A program made the translations under genes and the position numbers. Below the pieces are notes generated by a model. The model made no database searches, was not told the origin of the DNA, and saw nothing but the letters and a program-made list of their open reading frames with translations. From Eledone cirrhosa (taxonomy: Eukaryota), in NCBI GenBank assembly GCA_964016885.1, contig OZ024749.1:18724001-18788000 (forward strand): 64,000 bases of DNA. Direction: 5' to 3'. Shown here piece by piece: positions 14,624-29,535 of this stretch; positions within the stretch are counted from its first letter, which is position 1; every line of letters starts with the position of its first letter.

Positions 14624-14666
14624 TATCACCTACGTACGTTTCGCCCAGTTGGGCTTCTCAAGGGCA
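14624..14666 (-). ncRNA. Type I HHR, U3-A8 variant (second copy)
   Basis: Same motif as 11302-11344. Confidence 0.8.
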
Positions 14667-15680
14667 TAAATAATCACAAGTGTTCCTTATATAGTTCGGA
14701 AAGAGTTTTGGGGGTTAAATCTACATCAAGATTCATTGCTCGCAAAAATATCTTGTTTTGATTTTGCAGCAGGTCAAGGGAGGTAACTCTGGCCGGTGTT
14801 AGGGCAGTCTTTCCCGGATAATTTTTTTTTTTTTTTTTTTTTTTTCCGCATCCGTTTGTCTGAGGCTGGGTCTGGTATGCAAGGATTGTTTTCTGGGTGT
14901 TATTTTGCTGCGCCTGCTCGCCGGGGTGTTAAGACTTGTTGCAGGGAGATCCAGTGTACTATTTCACTCTTCATTCTTAACCCATCTAAAGAAGGATATT
15001 TTTAAGCGATGTGTACAACTTATCGCTGTTTCAGCTCTGCTGTTGATGAGCTCGTGGGGTGCAGTTATGATGTGGTAGAGCTCCATGAGGCAAAGATCGC
15101 ATTTCCTCTTGAAGTTGTACGGTGCAGCCCGTCCGACAATCTCCCAGTGCGTGGAGAAGCTGATGTCTAAGTCCTTTAGTCCGCGAGCGAAGTGGGGTGC
15201 CTTAGTTTTCTATTTGTGAAAGAGTGGAGATGTGTTCGAAACCTAATTTTGAACGGGCCGGAGGTGGCCCCTATATAATGTTTAACGCTATTGTGGCTAG
15301 TAATAGTGCATCTATATATAACCCTATCAGTCAAGCAGTATCCTCTAAGGGGGCAGCGTCCTCTGTCGCGGCAGTTGCAATTTCTGTGGCGGTTCCGTCT
15401 ATTTCCCACGGTAAGGCTATCATTGTTGCTGCCTACGTTGTTACCTACGCTACCGCAGCTGTCGTTAGCACAATTACAACCCACAGCACGCGGGATGGTG
15501 CGATTGTTATTCCACACGTCATGTTCTGCATGTTCCCCAGTCACTTCTGCATGTTCCCCAGTTACCTCCCTTGACCTGCTGTAAAATCAAAACAAGATAT
15601 TTTTGCGAGCAATGAATCTTGATGTAGATTTAACCCCCAAAACTCTTTCTGAACTATATAAGGAACACTTGTGATTATTT

Positions 15681-15724
15681 ATGCCCTTGAGAAGCCCAAC
15701 TGGGCGAAACGTACGTAGGGGATA
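15681..15724 (+). ncRNA. Type I HHR, U3-A8 variant (inverted pLTR)
   Basis: CCC TTGAGAA GCCC aact GGGC GAAA CGTACG TA GGG. Confidence 0.82.
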
Positions 15725-15933
15725 TTTTAAATAAACATGTTTTAACGGTCTATTCTCCGATTTTTACTTTCCCACGTGCTTACGCTCTGCTAACTCTCTA
15801 GCCCACTAAATATTAACACTTCGAATATTTAATACTGCCGGCACTAGTATCAAGCACATTTGGCATACGCTACTTGGCAAATAACTATATGTATCACCTA
15901 TCCCTCCTTTTTCTCTCTTTCTCGATACGTAAA

Positions 15934-16041
<108 letters not shown>

Positions 16042-16072
16042 CAATAATCAAAGTTCAGTTTAAGTCATTTAT

Positions 16073-16121
16073 TTGCTTACAATTGTTTCCTCCAAACCGA
16101 GGTTTGGATTCTTCGGAGCAA
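16073..16121 (-). ncRNA. Type I HHR with U4C change, in a solo pLTR-like fragment (about 16039-16548)
   Basis: TTGCT CCGAAGA aTCCAAACC tc GGTTTGGAg GAAA CAATTG TA AGCAA. Confidence 0.75.
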
Positions 16122-16546
16122 CTATTTACTGATCTATAACATACTTGACCTCCTTTTCAACCCAAGAGACACATAAAACATATGCGCATATTGATCAACA
16201 GTGGGGTGACACTCATCACATGATATAGCATGGCAATTTACATGTAAAGGTTACAGGATAAAAATAAAAATAAAATAAAAGCAAGAATGAAAATAAAGAT
16301 AAACATGAAGCGTTGGCAGTCTATGAAGATAAAGCAAGAGCAAAGCTTAGAGTAGTCAGTGCATGAAACAATCTCACGTGTAGCATGCACGCGTGTCTTA
16401 TTTATACATGATTAGAGTGCGTCAGAATGATATCTGCAGGGTCAGGCAGTTGAAGCAGGCAATCGATCTTATTATGTGGGCTGGATTATTAAGTCATTTA
16501 TTCTCATACATCTGTATGATATACAATCTCGGATGCAGGGAAACAC

Positions 16547-18614
<2,068 letters not shown>

Positions 18615-18689
18615 TACCTTATGAAGAGAGAAGAAACATTTAGATATAATTAGTAATAAAATGTATCATACCTAAAATGCTCCTAAATA

Positions 18690-18777
18690 CCTCGACTACG
18701 TAGTTTCGTGGCATAAACAAAAACAATATATCATAAAGATATAGAGTCCTTGCGAGGTCTGCCGACTTATCAAGAGG
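18690..18777 (-). ncRNA. Type I HHR, U3-A8, extended stem II
   Basis: CCTC TTGATAA GTcGGCA...TGCCAC GAAA CTACGTAG TC GAGG. Confidence 0.82.
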
Positions 18778-19284
18778 ATACCTCATTTTACTAGTCTCAA
18801 GAACGCGTCTACACGACGTGAGAAAGAATCCCAAAAGGCGGAGGGGGAGATAGTCACGCGATATAACGGTCGAGAAACAGAGCTAAGCCTCTTATAACCC
18901 CGAAGAAAATACCACGGAGGCGGAGGGGGTATTCATATCGAGGCCGCAGAAGAGGTGGTGAAGAAGGCGAGAAGTATGAGTAATGGAAGCCTTCCAGCTG
19001 TCTCCACACTTTAAAGATTGCTCGACCAGAGGGAGTTATTAACAATATATTTAGAAACACACAGATACATGCGGACACACACATATATACATGAATGCAT
19101 CCGCACCCAACTGTCAGTTAAGGGTGCCAACTTCACCGATGTTGCTCAATGAATGACTGGGACAGACCAATTCGGTTGAACTAGACTGAACCAGTATCAG
19201 AGTTAAAAATACCTTATGAAGAGAGAAGAAACATTTAGATATAATTAGTAATAAAATGTATCATACCTAAACTGCTCCTAAATT

Positions 19285-19372
19285 CCTCGACTACGTAGTT
19301 TCGTGGCATAAACAAAAACAATATATCATAAAGATATAGAGTCCTTGCGAGGTCTGCCGACTTATCAAGAGG
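19285..19372 (-). ncRNA. Type I HHR, U3-A8, extended stem II
   Basis: Copy 595 bp from the previous motif. Confidence 0.82.
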
Positions 19373-19801
19373 ATACCTCATTTTACTAGTCTCAAGAACG
19401 CGTCTACACGACGTGAGAAAGAATCCCAAAAGGCGGAGGGGGAGATAGTCACGCGATATAACGGTCGAGAAACAGAGCTAAGCCTCTTATAACCCCGAAG
19501 AAAATACCACGGAGGCGGAGGGGGTATTCATATCGAGGCCGCAGAAGAGGTGGTGAAGAAGGCGAGAAGTATGAGTAATGGAAGCCTTCCAGCTGTCCCC
19601 ACACTTTAAAGATTGCTCGACCAGAGGGAGTTATTAACAATATATTTAGAAACACACAGATACATGCGGACACACACATATATACATGAATGCATCCGCA
19701 CCCAACTGTGAGTTAAGGGTGCCAACTTCACCGATGTTGCTCAATGAATGACTGGGACAGACCAATTCGGTTGAACTAGACTGAACCAGTATCAGAGTTA
19801 A

Positions 19802-19843
<42 letters not shown>

Positions 19844-19877
19844 TATATACATATATATATTATATATATATGAATAC

Positions 19878-19908
<31 letters not shown>

Positions 19909-19963
19909 TATATTATATATATATGAATACATATATATATATATATATATATACATATATATA

Positions 19964-20013
<50 letters not shown>

Positions 20014-20068
20014 TATATTATATATATATGAATACATATATATATATATATATATATACATATATATA

Positions 20069-20118
<50 letters not shown>

Positions 20119-20179
20119 TATATACATATATATATACATATATATATATACATATAAATATACATATATATATATATAC

Positions 20180-20215
<36 letters not shown>

Positions 20216-20291
20216 GAATACATATATATATATATATATATACATATATATAAATATATACATATATATAAATATATACATATATATATAC

Positions 20292-20562
<271 letters not shown>

Positions 20563-20565
20563 TAA

Positions 20566-20605
<40 letters not shown>

Positions 20606-20689
20606 CTTTGAATAACTTTGAAATGTTTTGGCCAGTATTGGCCCAGGCCATGTCTAACTTAATAGCACCACCTGGCGAAGTCTTTCAAT

Positions 20690-23600
20690 TCAGGATCTGG
20701 GCACCATGGCCCATTCGAGAAGAGAATTACTGTTTGCGGAGACATATCCGGGTGTGGGTGGTTTGTCCGGGATTACTTGGAGGAATTTGTCCAAAGACTT
20801 CTTGAATTTTGTGTGGTCAGTTTCTGTTTTGACGTGTCCTGGTGTGATGTTGAAGAGAGCAGGGCCAATTGAGGTGAAATAATTGTGCCGTATTATTATG
20901 TGTTGCGATTTAGATTTTTGTATGGGACGGATAGCACTGGGCCCAAGCCTTGGGTGTATCTTGAAGGCGATGCCAACATCATTTGGGCAGTGATGATGGA
21001 ACATTTTCCACATCATGCAGATAATATAACGCTCACGGCGATGTTGGAGTGAGTAAAGTTTCAGCTTTTCTAGTCGACCCCAGTAGTCAAGGTCTGACAT
21101 GCCATCTATCTTTTTCGTGATTGCCCTTTGAGGAGCTTCAAGTTTCATGATACTTTGTTTCGTGTGGGGAGACCACAGCGGACAACAGTATTCAAGGTGT
21201 GGTCGGGCAAAAGTAGAGAAGAGAAGGATAATGGTGTGGGAATCTCTCGACTGGAAGGTTCTGAGGATCCAGGAACACATTCTGCGGGCCATGTCAACTT
21301 TGCTGCTTATATGCGTGGCCCAGCTTATGTTGCTGTCCACGGTTACTCCCAAGTCTCTGATGTTGTTAGATGCCACGAGAGTTTCCCCGGAGGGAAGGGA
21401 GTACGGGAGTTTCAGAGCATCCTCTTTTCCAAAGTGGATCAGTTCGAATTTGTCTTCGTTCAGTAACATGTTGTTCTTTTCCGCCCATTGGGTAACAGCC
21501 AGTAGGTCTGACTGAAGGCTTATCCGGTCATCCACGCCATTGATGACCTTTTGGAGCTTGGAATCATCAGCGAAAATGTTAATGTTGCTGTGTTTGATGA
21601 TGTCAGTGATGTGATTAATATACATGATGAAGAGAAGTGGGCCTAACACAGTGCCTTGTGGGACCCCACTACTGACTTTGGCTGGGCTGGATTTGACTCC
21701 TTCAACTACAACATGTTGGGTTCTATTTGACAGGGAGCTCTTGATCCACTGCAGCAGCTTTCCAGTGACACCAATATTGGACAGCTTTCTCAGTAGAATG
21801 TTATGATCAACCCTGTCAAAGGCCTTGCTGAAATCAAGGTAGATAACATCAGTGTTGGAACCCTCTCCCAAGGCTCTCAAAATGTCATCAAAGTGATGCA
21901 GTAGCTGCGTCAGGCAATCCCTTCCATTACGGAATCCATGCTGGTTGGAGTTCAGCATATTGTAACTCTCAAGGAAGTGGGTCATTCGCGATCTCACCAC
22001 TCGCTCAAATACCTTAATGATATGAGAGGTGAGTGAGATTGGACGGTAATTCACGGCAAGGGATTTGTTTCCCTTTTTGAAAACTGGGACAACAGACTGG
22101 GATAGAAGGTTTTCTGGCACATATCCAGCATCCAGTGAGTTCCGCCACAGATTGGCAAGAGGAGATGCAAGTTGGTGTTGACACGCCTTCAAGACACAAG
22201 CAGGGAACCCATCGGGACCTACTGCTGAATTATGCTTGATTTCCTTTATTGCCGCCAAGACATCAGGGGCGCCAAACGTTATGTCCGATAAGGTGTAATG
22301 GGGAGTAACATCGCCGATACAGCCCAGATCGGCCATATCAGGATTGCTGAAAACAGAGCAGTATTGTTTCTGCAGTATCTCACCCATGGTTTTAGCATTG
22401 TCTTGAAGAGTGCCATTTTCATCAATTAGAGGGCCAACAGTAGAGCCAGTGATTTTGTGTTTTTTTGCAAATGAAAAGAACACTTTGGGATTGAGTTTGA
22501 TCTTCTCAATGGCCCAGGCCTCCTCAGCTCTTCTCTGATTGTTGATGAGGGACATTATGTTGTTTTGGAGGTTATGATTTTTAATCTCTAGTGATGAAAT
22601 GGCAGTTAAGTTGATGTGTTGCTGCTGACAGTATTTCAGCTTGTTGATTTTTTTGTTCGTTCTCTTAATTTTTCTGATGAGCGTTTTTCTATTTCTAGGG
22701 ATTCTGCTCTTAGATTTGTTTATAGTTCTTAATGGGATGTGTTTAGCACATATGTTTGTAACAGTGTCCACAAATGTCTGCCAGGACTTTTTGATGTTAG
22801 TGGGTGTATGAGTGTGCGTGAAGGACCAGTCGACATGTGCAAGATCATGACTGATCGCTTCCCAGTTTGCATTGTGGAAATCCATAGCGTCAAACGGATG
22901 GACAGGAGAGATGACATTGGGTTTGTATATTGGACGGTGGAATCTCAGATCACAGAGAACCATGTCATGATCAGAGAGTAGAGTTTTCTCCACTGAAATA
23001 TTGTGGATATTGTCAGTGTGATTGTTGAAAATTAAGTCTAGGACGTTTTTGTGGCACCTCGTTGGTTCGAGCACCAGTTGGGATAGGAAGAAATCATCCA
23101 TGAAGTCAAGAAGCGATTCCACTGCTTCCCTCTCAGAGGTTGAGGCAGAAGAACCTGGTGGCAGGCTGTTTGTGGACCAGTCAACTCCGAGGTTGAAGTC
23201 CCCCATCATTAAGATGTTGTCAGGGTGACACTCTTGGATGAAACACTTTATGCTGTTGAGGCATTCCTTGAAGCATGGTACAGGCGTTTGGGGTGGCCTA
23301 TAGAGCCCAATTACTATTAGGTTGTTGGTTTGACTGAATACAGTGACTGCTTCGCAGTATCCATTAGTGAATATGTTCATAGCCTCTGTTGAGAAAGAAT
23401 TATGGACATAAATGGCAGTCCCGCCCTTTCTTCTGCCAGCGCGTTCAGCACGGATGGCTTTGAAATTTTTCACTTTCACCTCGGCTTCCAAGTGGAGGTT
23501 ACTGAGATGGGTTTCAGTGAGGACGAAGAAAGGGATGTGGTTTGGATGGACATCAATCCAGTCCTCCAGGAATTTGATCTTCCATTTTTGAGTATTGGTG

Positions 23601-23704
23601 GAAGGGCTGATGCCTTGGGCGTTAAGCAAAAATGTAGAGGCGAGAGTGGATGGTTTTAATTGTTTTGGTGTGTTGTTAATTTGTTTGTTTGTTAATGGCA
23701 GCAA
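20690..23704 (-). CDS. LINE ORF2: APE endonuclease + reverse transcriptase
   Basis: LNAQG, LTETHL, YRPP, MGDFN, LDL, SDH; QHGF, YLDFSKAFD, GVPQG, FADD; a few small lesions relative to sibling copies. Confidence 0.95.
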   Translation of the reverse strand: MLPLTNKQINNTPKQLKPSTLASTFLLNAQGISPSTNTQKWKIKFLEDWIDVHPNHIPFFVLTETHLSNLHLEAEVKVKNFKAIRAERAGRRKGGTAIYVHNSFSTEAMNIFTNGYCEAVTVFSQTNNLIVIGLYRPPQTPVPCFKECLNSIKCFIQECHPDNILMMGDFNLGVDWSTNSLPPGSSASTSEREAVESLLDFMDDFFLSQLVLEPTRCHKNVLDLIFNNHTDNIHNISVEKTLLSDHDMVLCDLRFHRPIYKPNVISPVHPFDAMDFHNANWEAISHDLAHVDWSFTHTHTPTNIKKSWQTFVDTVTNICAKHIPLRTINKSKSRIPRNRKTLIRKIKRTNKKINKLKYCQQQHINLTAISSLEIKNHNLQNNIMSLINNQRRAEEAWAIEKIKLNPKVFFSFAKKHKITGSTVGPLIDENGTLQDNAKTMGEILQKQYCSVFSNPDMADLGCIGDVTPHYTLSDITFGAPDVLAAIKEIKHNSAVGPDGFPACVLKACQHQLASPLANLWRNSLDAGYVPENLLSQSVVPVFKKGNKSLAVNYRPISLTSHIIKVFERVVRSRMTHFLESYNMLNSNQHGFRNGRDCLTQLLHHFDDILRALGEGSNTDVIYLDFSKAFDRVDHNILLRKLSNIGVTGKLLQWIKSSLSNRTQHVVVEGVKSSPAKVSSGVPQGTVLGPLLFIMYINHITDIIKHSNINIFADDSKLQKVINGVDDRISLQSDLLAVTQWAEKNNMLLNEDKFELIHFGKEDALKLPYSLPSGETLVASNNIRDLGVTVDSNISWATHISSKVDMARRMCSWILRTFQSRDSHTIILLFSTFARPHLEYCCPLWSPHTKQSIMKLEAPQRAITKKIDGMSDLDYWGRLEKLKLYSLQHRRERYIICMMWKMFHHHCPNDVGIAFKIHPRLGPSAIRPIQKSKSQHIIIRHNYFTSIGPALFNITPGHVKTETDHTKFKKSLDKFLQVIPDKPPTPGYVSANSNSLLEWAMVPRS

Positions 23705-24849
23705 TGGGAGTTTGTGCAGTGGGGTGATAGTGGAGGGTGGTGCTGGGTGATAGCTCGAATGTTTTTTCCCAGTTCTTTTGCCAGATTCATTATGGCTAAA
23801 AAAGAGGAAGAAGTTTCCTGTTTAGAAGACTGTTGGTGACTGTGGTAGTGGTTATTTTTATGTAGGTTATGGTTTTTGCTTTTGCTTTTATTTTTAATTT
23901 TATTTTCATTTGTCCGACGGGTCCCCGGGAGATGGGTAAAGGGACAATCCCGGTCTAAACACAATCTGTCTCGCAGGGAAAGCGGCAGATTTGTGGATTC
24001 CTTGTTTGAGTTATTGGTGGTTGTGTTGGTGTTAAATTAGAGTATGTATTATGGTGGTGGCTGTTTATGGGGATAGATCGTTTTGTCCTAGGTAAATGGG
24101 TGAATTTACAGCCACTATCCGTACATATTCTATAGCGTAGAGAGTAGCGGCAAATGATGGGGTTTCGAGTGGGTGGGTATGTGGGTGTGTGTGTTGTGAG
24201 AGGTGTAGATGATGGTTTGAGTAGGATTTGACGACCTTTGTGGACTGTGGGAGGGAGAGTTCTTGTACTGGTATTAGAAGGTAAATTCCTTGAGATAGCA
24301 GTAGCCAAAGATGTTGTAGTAGTAGTAGTAGTAGTAGTAGTAGGCAGAGAAGATGTTGGCAGTGGTGATGATTGGACTGCTGGGCCAGAGAAAGGATGTG
24401 GCGTTTCCTGCTGTGAGACAGAGGCTACTGGGAGGTCAATAGTTTCATTTAGTAGATCGGCCATTGTTGATGAATCAAGGAGTGGTTCACACTGTTGTTG
24501 TTGTTGTCGTTGTTGTTGTTGCTGATGTTGCTGTTGCTGTTGTTGTTGTAGCTATTGTTGTTGTTGCCGTTGTAGCTGCTGTTGTTGTTGTTGCTGCATC
24601 CGAAGAAAAAACATACCGTAGTTTATCCAAATGTTTATTGATTAATTTAAAAGCAATTTCGATTTGCTTTAATTTATTTTGAATCTGTTGTTCAGATCGG
24701 GTTTTCAAAAGTTGAACTGTACGTTTAGCAATGTCGTTCAGACATGAAGCATCTATGTCTTCTGTTTGGGTAAGGCAATGCCATGTGTTTATTAGAATGT
24801 CGATTTCATTATCAGACCAGTTCTGTTTGGATTTTTGCTGGTTAGCCAT
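23692..24849 (-). pseudogene. LINE ORF1, frameshifted: Myb/SANT-like N-terminus, Thr-rich linker, two CCCH zinc fingers
   Basis: WSDNEIDILINTW..RSEQQIQNKLK; CRYSLRYRICTDSGCKFTH; CRFP../CLDRDCPFTH, split over three ORFs. Confidence 0.65.
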
Positions 24850-24941
24850 TCTAGTTTTGAGTGTGTTTTAGTTAAGTATTTCAATATATATATTCTTTTT
24901 TTTCTTGTGTGTGAGTGAGAAGAGTATATATATAAATATGA

Positions 24942-25015
<74 letters not shown>

Positions 25016-25237
25016 ATATTCTGGTTATTTGAAATTAATTAAATTAATGAAAAGACGAAAGTATATAATAATAATTTGTAGTTAATGGAAAATGTACTCA
25101 CAAGTTGGAAAACACGTGGTTTCAAATATATAATAATATAGATGTATGTAAATGTATTAACCGGTCAATTTTCAAATATATAATAATATAGATGTATGTA
25201 AATGTATTAACCGGTCAATTTTTGTTTTAATATATAT

Positions 25238-26050
25238 GTTTAGGTATGATACATTTTATTACTAATTATATCTAAATGTTTCTTCTCTCTTCATAATGTA
25301 TTTTTAACTCTGATACTGGTTCAGTCTAGTTCAACCGAATTGGTCTGTCCCAGTCATTCATTGAGCAACATCGGTGAAGTTGGCACCCTTAACTCACGGT
25401 TGGGTGCGGATGCATTCATGTATATGTGTGTCCCCGCATGTATCTGTGTGTTTCTAAATATATTGTTAATAACTCCCTCTGGTCGAGCAATCTTTGAAGT
25501 GTGGGGACTGCTGGAAAGCTTCCATTACTCATACTTCTCCCCTCCTTCACCACCTCTTCTACGGCTTCGATATAAATACCCCCTCCGCCTCCGTGGTATT
25601 TTCTTCGGGGTTATAAGAGGCTTAGCTCTGTTTCTCGACCGTTATATCGCGTGACTATCACCCCCTCCGCCTTTTGGGATTCTTTCTCACGTCGTGTGGA
25701 CGCGTTCTTGAGACTAGTAAAATGAGGTATCCTCTTGATAAGTCGGCAGACCTCGCAAGGACTCTATATCTTTATGATGTATTGTTTTTGTTTATGCCAC
25801 GAAACTACGTAGTCGAGGAATCTAGGAGCAGTTTAGGTATGATACATTTTATTACTAATTATATCTAAATGTTTCTTCTCTCTTCATAATGTATTTTTAA
25901 CTCTGATACTGGTTCAGTCTAGTTCAACCGAATTGGTCTGTCCCAGTCATTCATTGAGCAACATCGGTGAAGTTGGCACCCTTAACTCACGGTTGGGTGC
26001 GGATGCATTCATGTATATGTGTGTGTCCGCATGTATCTGTGTGTTTCTAA

Positions 26051-26055
<5 letters not shown>
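25238..26055 (+). mobile_element. Retrozyme-like tandem, 593-bp unit x1.4 (same family as 18615)
   Basis: Reverse complement of the 595-bp unit; repeat offset 25238/25831. Confidence 0.85.
25731..25818 (+). ncRNA. Type I HHR, U3-A8, extended stem II
   Basis: CCTC TTGATAA GTCGGCA...TGCCAC GAAA CTACGTAG TC GAGG. Confidence 0.82.
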
Positions 26056-26090
<35 letters not shown>

Positions 26091-26111
26091 CATATATATA
26101 TATATATATAA

Positions 26112-26146
<35 letters not shown>

Positions 26147-26376
26147 CATATATATATATATATATATAAATACATATATATATAATTTTGCTGGGAAAAA
26201 AATATATTATCTGTGACCAGTGTGAGCGACTGTTGTGGGTTCTGCCTTTTGTTAGCCTAATAAGATATTTCTGTGTATTATATCCGCTTTGACCCGGGTG
26301 TCCTACGCTGTGTGTGTGTGCGTGTGTGTCTGTATATACATTTATATGTGTATGAGTGTAGGTGGTTGTATATGTC

Positions 26377-26463
<87 letters not shown>

Positions 26464-27840
26464 GTCTCTATATATGCATGTGGTGTGTGTATATGCTTAT
26501 ACGTACTAACCATATTGTTGTGTATATTCTTGGGATGCCTCAATGTTGTGATTTCATGGATATTGGCTTTTGAAGCTATTTTTTATATGCGCTGTTGAGT
26601 ATGCATATTAACCCGCCTAACCCAACTGTATTTGCTTGCTTTCGGCTAGCCCACCTGCACTTGCTTGCTTTCGGCCCACTTATCTGCCTCTTGATGTTCA
26701 TGTTGATGTAAACGAATTTGCTTGCTACCTTGTGACGTTGTGACACTCAGTTATCTGCCCATGGATGTTCCTGCTGCTGCATGTGAATTTACCTACCTTC
26801 CTTGCATACGTCCTTGCTAGTGATGTGGATATACTTATGTTGACCAATAGATTCCTGCCCGAGTGTGAACCTTTTGTGATTGCCCCACCGCTCAACTGTG
26901 TGAATGCACACCCGTGACATTCGAGTGTGAACTTCTGTGACTGCCAAACCTGGGATGTCTCCATTGCATTGCAATGGTCAACTCAATCGAGTGTGGACAT
27001 AGCACCTGTTGATTATAAATCTCATTTGAGCATTTGATTGTTGTGATATGGCTAACTGTAACACTTAAGGCGTTCGTGTGCCCCTGATATATTCAAGAAA
27101 TATATTCAAAAAATATATATCTTATCTCACTTTACTTTATTTTATTTTATTTCATTGTATTTTATTTTATATAATTTTATTTTATTTATTCTTTACCCTT
27201 TATCTTTATTATCTGTATATTTTATATATATATTTTTTATATTTTATATTTTTTATATATATTATTTGTCTATTTTTTATCTATTTTTTATCTATTTTCA
27301 TCTACTCTTATCTATCTTATCTATTTTTGTCTATTCCTTATCTATTCTCTATCTCTTATCCATGGTTAATCTATTTTTTATCTATGGTTAATCTATTTTT
27401 ATCCTTTGTTTATCTTACTTTTGCCCATTGTATTTTTACCCATTGTATATCCACCATTTATCTCTTAGCTTTTGCATACTCGTCCATGATATGTTATTTG
27501 TATTAGTCTATACTATATGTGTTGCATATGGCTGCCTGTTGTGTGGTTGCATGCGGGTGCTCATGCTTATGCGTATGCTTGTATGTAACTGTTTGTTGGC
27601 AGCACCCTGCCCAACTGTGACTGATAGCACCTCTTATTTTTCAATGCTTATTTTTCAATGTTTATTTTTTATTTCTTCAATGTTTATTATTTATTTTTTT
27701 ACTTTTCACTATTCTTTATCCTCCAATTTTATTTTCTACACTCTATTTACTCTACTCTTTAAACCCCTCCCAACTTATGGCATCCCCATATATATTCTTC
27801 TGTCTTGGCTTTGTTATTGCTTGTGTAATATGTAATCACT

Positions 27841-27898
27841 CTTTATGCTCTGATGAGTCCCACTTATAGTGTGGACGAAACACTGTTAGCAAGTAAAG
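27841..27898 (+). ncRNA. Type I HHR at the 3' end of a non-coding PLE-UTR-like segment (about 26185-27932)
   Basis: CTTTA TGCT CTGATGA GTCC cacttatagtgt GGAC GAAAC act GTT AGCA ag TAAAG. Confidence 0.85.
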
Positions 27899-28054
27899 AT
27901 ATACCTATGCTCTAAGCGTTCTTTGTTGTTGATTATATATATATATATATGTATATATATATGTATATATATATATATGTATATAAAGGACGTAAAATAA
28001 GAAAATATTTTTTTTAAAAAATTTAAAAAAAATTTTTTTCTTACTTAAATTTTC

Positions 28055-28136
28055 ACTCCAACTAATTAGTTTCTGCAATGGGATAAAGACAGTTACGTAA
28101 TCCAACTGTCGAGAATTCATTGCGTCATCAGGAAGT
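28055..28136 (-). ncRNA. Type I HHR with two-part long stem II
   Basis: ACTTC CTGATGA cGCAATG..GACAGTT..AACTGTC..CATTGCa GAAA CTAATTAG TT GGAGT. Confidence 0.85.
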
Positions 28137-28610
28137 CTATTCTCAGTTAAGTCTCCAGGCAATGCGCGGACACTGGCGGCTCATATAAAAATAATAATAA
28201 TTCGGTAGATCGAACAGCTTGCGAGGACTGGATTCTATGTACCGAAATTCTCACTGCTTCAAGTCAAATGGCCGATTCTAAAGAATCAATCACGTGACAC
28301 AGAGGCTAGTTAGAAGGAATGGGATGGTAAGATGACTGACGCCTACTAACACCCCAAAAAAAATTTTTTTGAAGTCGTTTTGACAAGTTTGCTCGACAAA
28401 TCAGTGATTTGGAGATAAATATAGATAATTTAATATATCAACTAACATAAGCGCACAGATGCACGCCCATGCCAGCAAATACACAGGTTATGTCATAGTA
28501 CCTGGGTGGTTCAATGCAGGAGAATGCAGAACAATAATATAAAGGACGTAAAATAAGAAAATATTTTTTTAAAAAAATTTAAAAAAAATTTTTTTCTTAC
28601 TTAAATTTTC

Positions 28611-28692
28611 ACTCCAACTAATTAGTTTCTGCAATGGGATAAAGACAGTTACGTAATCCAACTGTCGAGAATTCATTGCGTCATCAGGAAGT
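28611..28692 (-). ncRNA. Type I HHR (second unit)
   Basis: Same motif 556 bp downstream. Confidence 0.85.
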
Positions 28693-29151
28693 CTATTCTC
28701 AGTTAAGTCTCCAGGCAATGCGCGGACACTGGCGGCTCATATAAAAATAATAATAATTCGGTAGATCGAACAGCTTGCGAGGACTGGATTCTATGTACCG
28801 AAATTCTCACTGCTTCAAGTCAAATGGCCGATTCTAAAGAATCAATCACGTGACACAGAGGCTAGTTAGAAGGAATGGGATGGTAAGATGACTGACGCCT
28901 ACTAACACCCCAAAAAAAATTTTTTTGAAGTGGTTTTGACAAGTTTGCTCGACAAATCAGTGATTTGGAGATAAATATAGATAATTTAATATATCAACTA
29001 ACATAAGCGCACAGATGCACGCCCATGCCAGCAAATACACAGGTTATGTCATAGTACCTGGGTGGTTCAATGCAGGAGAATGCAGAACAATAATATAAAG
29101 GACGTAAAATAAGAAAATATTTTTTTAAAAAAATTTAAAAAAAATTTTTTT

Positions 29152-29190
<39 letters not shown>

Positions 29191-29385
29191 CTATATATAT
29201 ATCTATATATATAGATATAGATAGGTAAATATACACGGGTGTGTATGATTGTGTATAGAAGATTATATTAATAAGAGGAATTCCAACTTTGTCTGATTTA
29301 CTCGTTTTATTTACAATCCTTTAAAATATATATAATGGTATTATAATGAAATAGTATGATAGAATATTAAATTCTAAGTGTTAAT

Positions 29386-29424
29386 TGAACAAGTACTTTC
29401 ATGCTTTCGCAATCTTCAGGTTCA
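29386..29424 (-). ncRNA. Minimal type I HHR
   Basis: Reverse complement of 29497-29535. Confidence 0.82.
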
Positions 29425-29496
29425 TGATATGTGGTGACAGTCGAGTTTGCAATTTTCAACTGTGAAAATTGCAAACTCGACTGTCACCACATATCA

Positions 29497-29535
29497 TGAA
29501 CCTGAAGATTGCGAAAGCATGAAAGTACTTGTTCA
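29497..29535 (+). ncRNA. Minimal type I HHR
   Basis: TGAAC CTGAAGA tTGC gaaa GCAt GAAA GTAC TT GTTCA. Confidence 0.82.

Larger units (their letters stand above)
18615..19810 (-). mobile_element. Retrozyme-like tandem dimer, 595-bp unit
   Basis: Two near-identical units, each with one HHR, no credible ORF. Confidence 0.85.
20603..24930 (-). mobile_element. LINE family A, near full length (ORF1 + ORF2); clade unresolved
   Basis: APE-RT ORF2, upstream ORF1 fragments, TTCAAAGTTA tail into (TA)n. Confidence 0.93.
27981..29152 (-). mobile_element. Retrozyme-like tandem, 556-bp unit x2.1
   Basis: Unit starts at 27985, 28541, 29097; one HHR per unit. Confidence 0.85.

Noticed and set aside
25020-25230. 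HHR near GAAACCACGTG and a 51-bp tandem duplication
   Set aside because: No matching core or stem I found; only the duplication is supported
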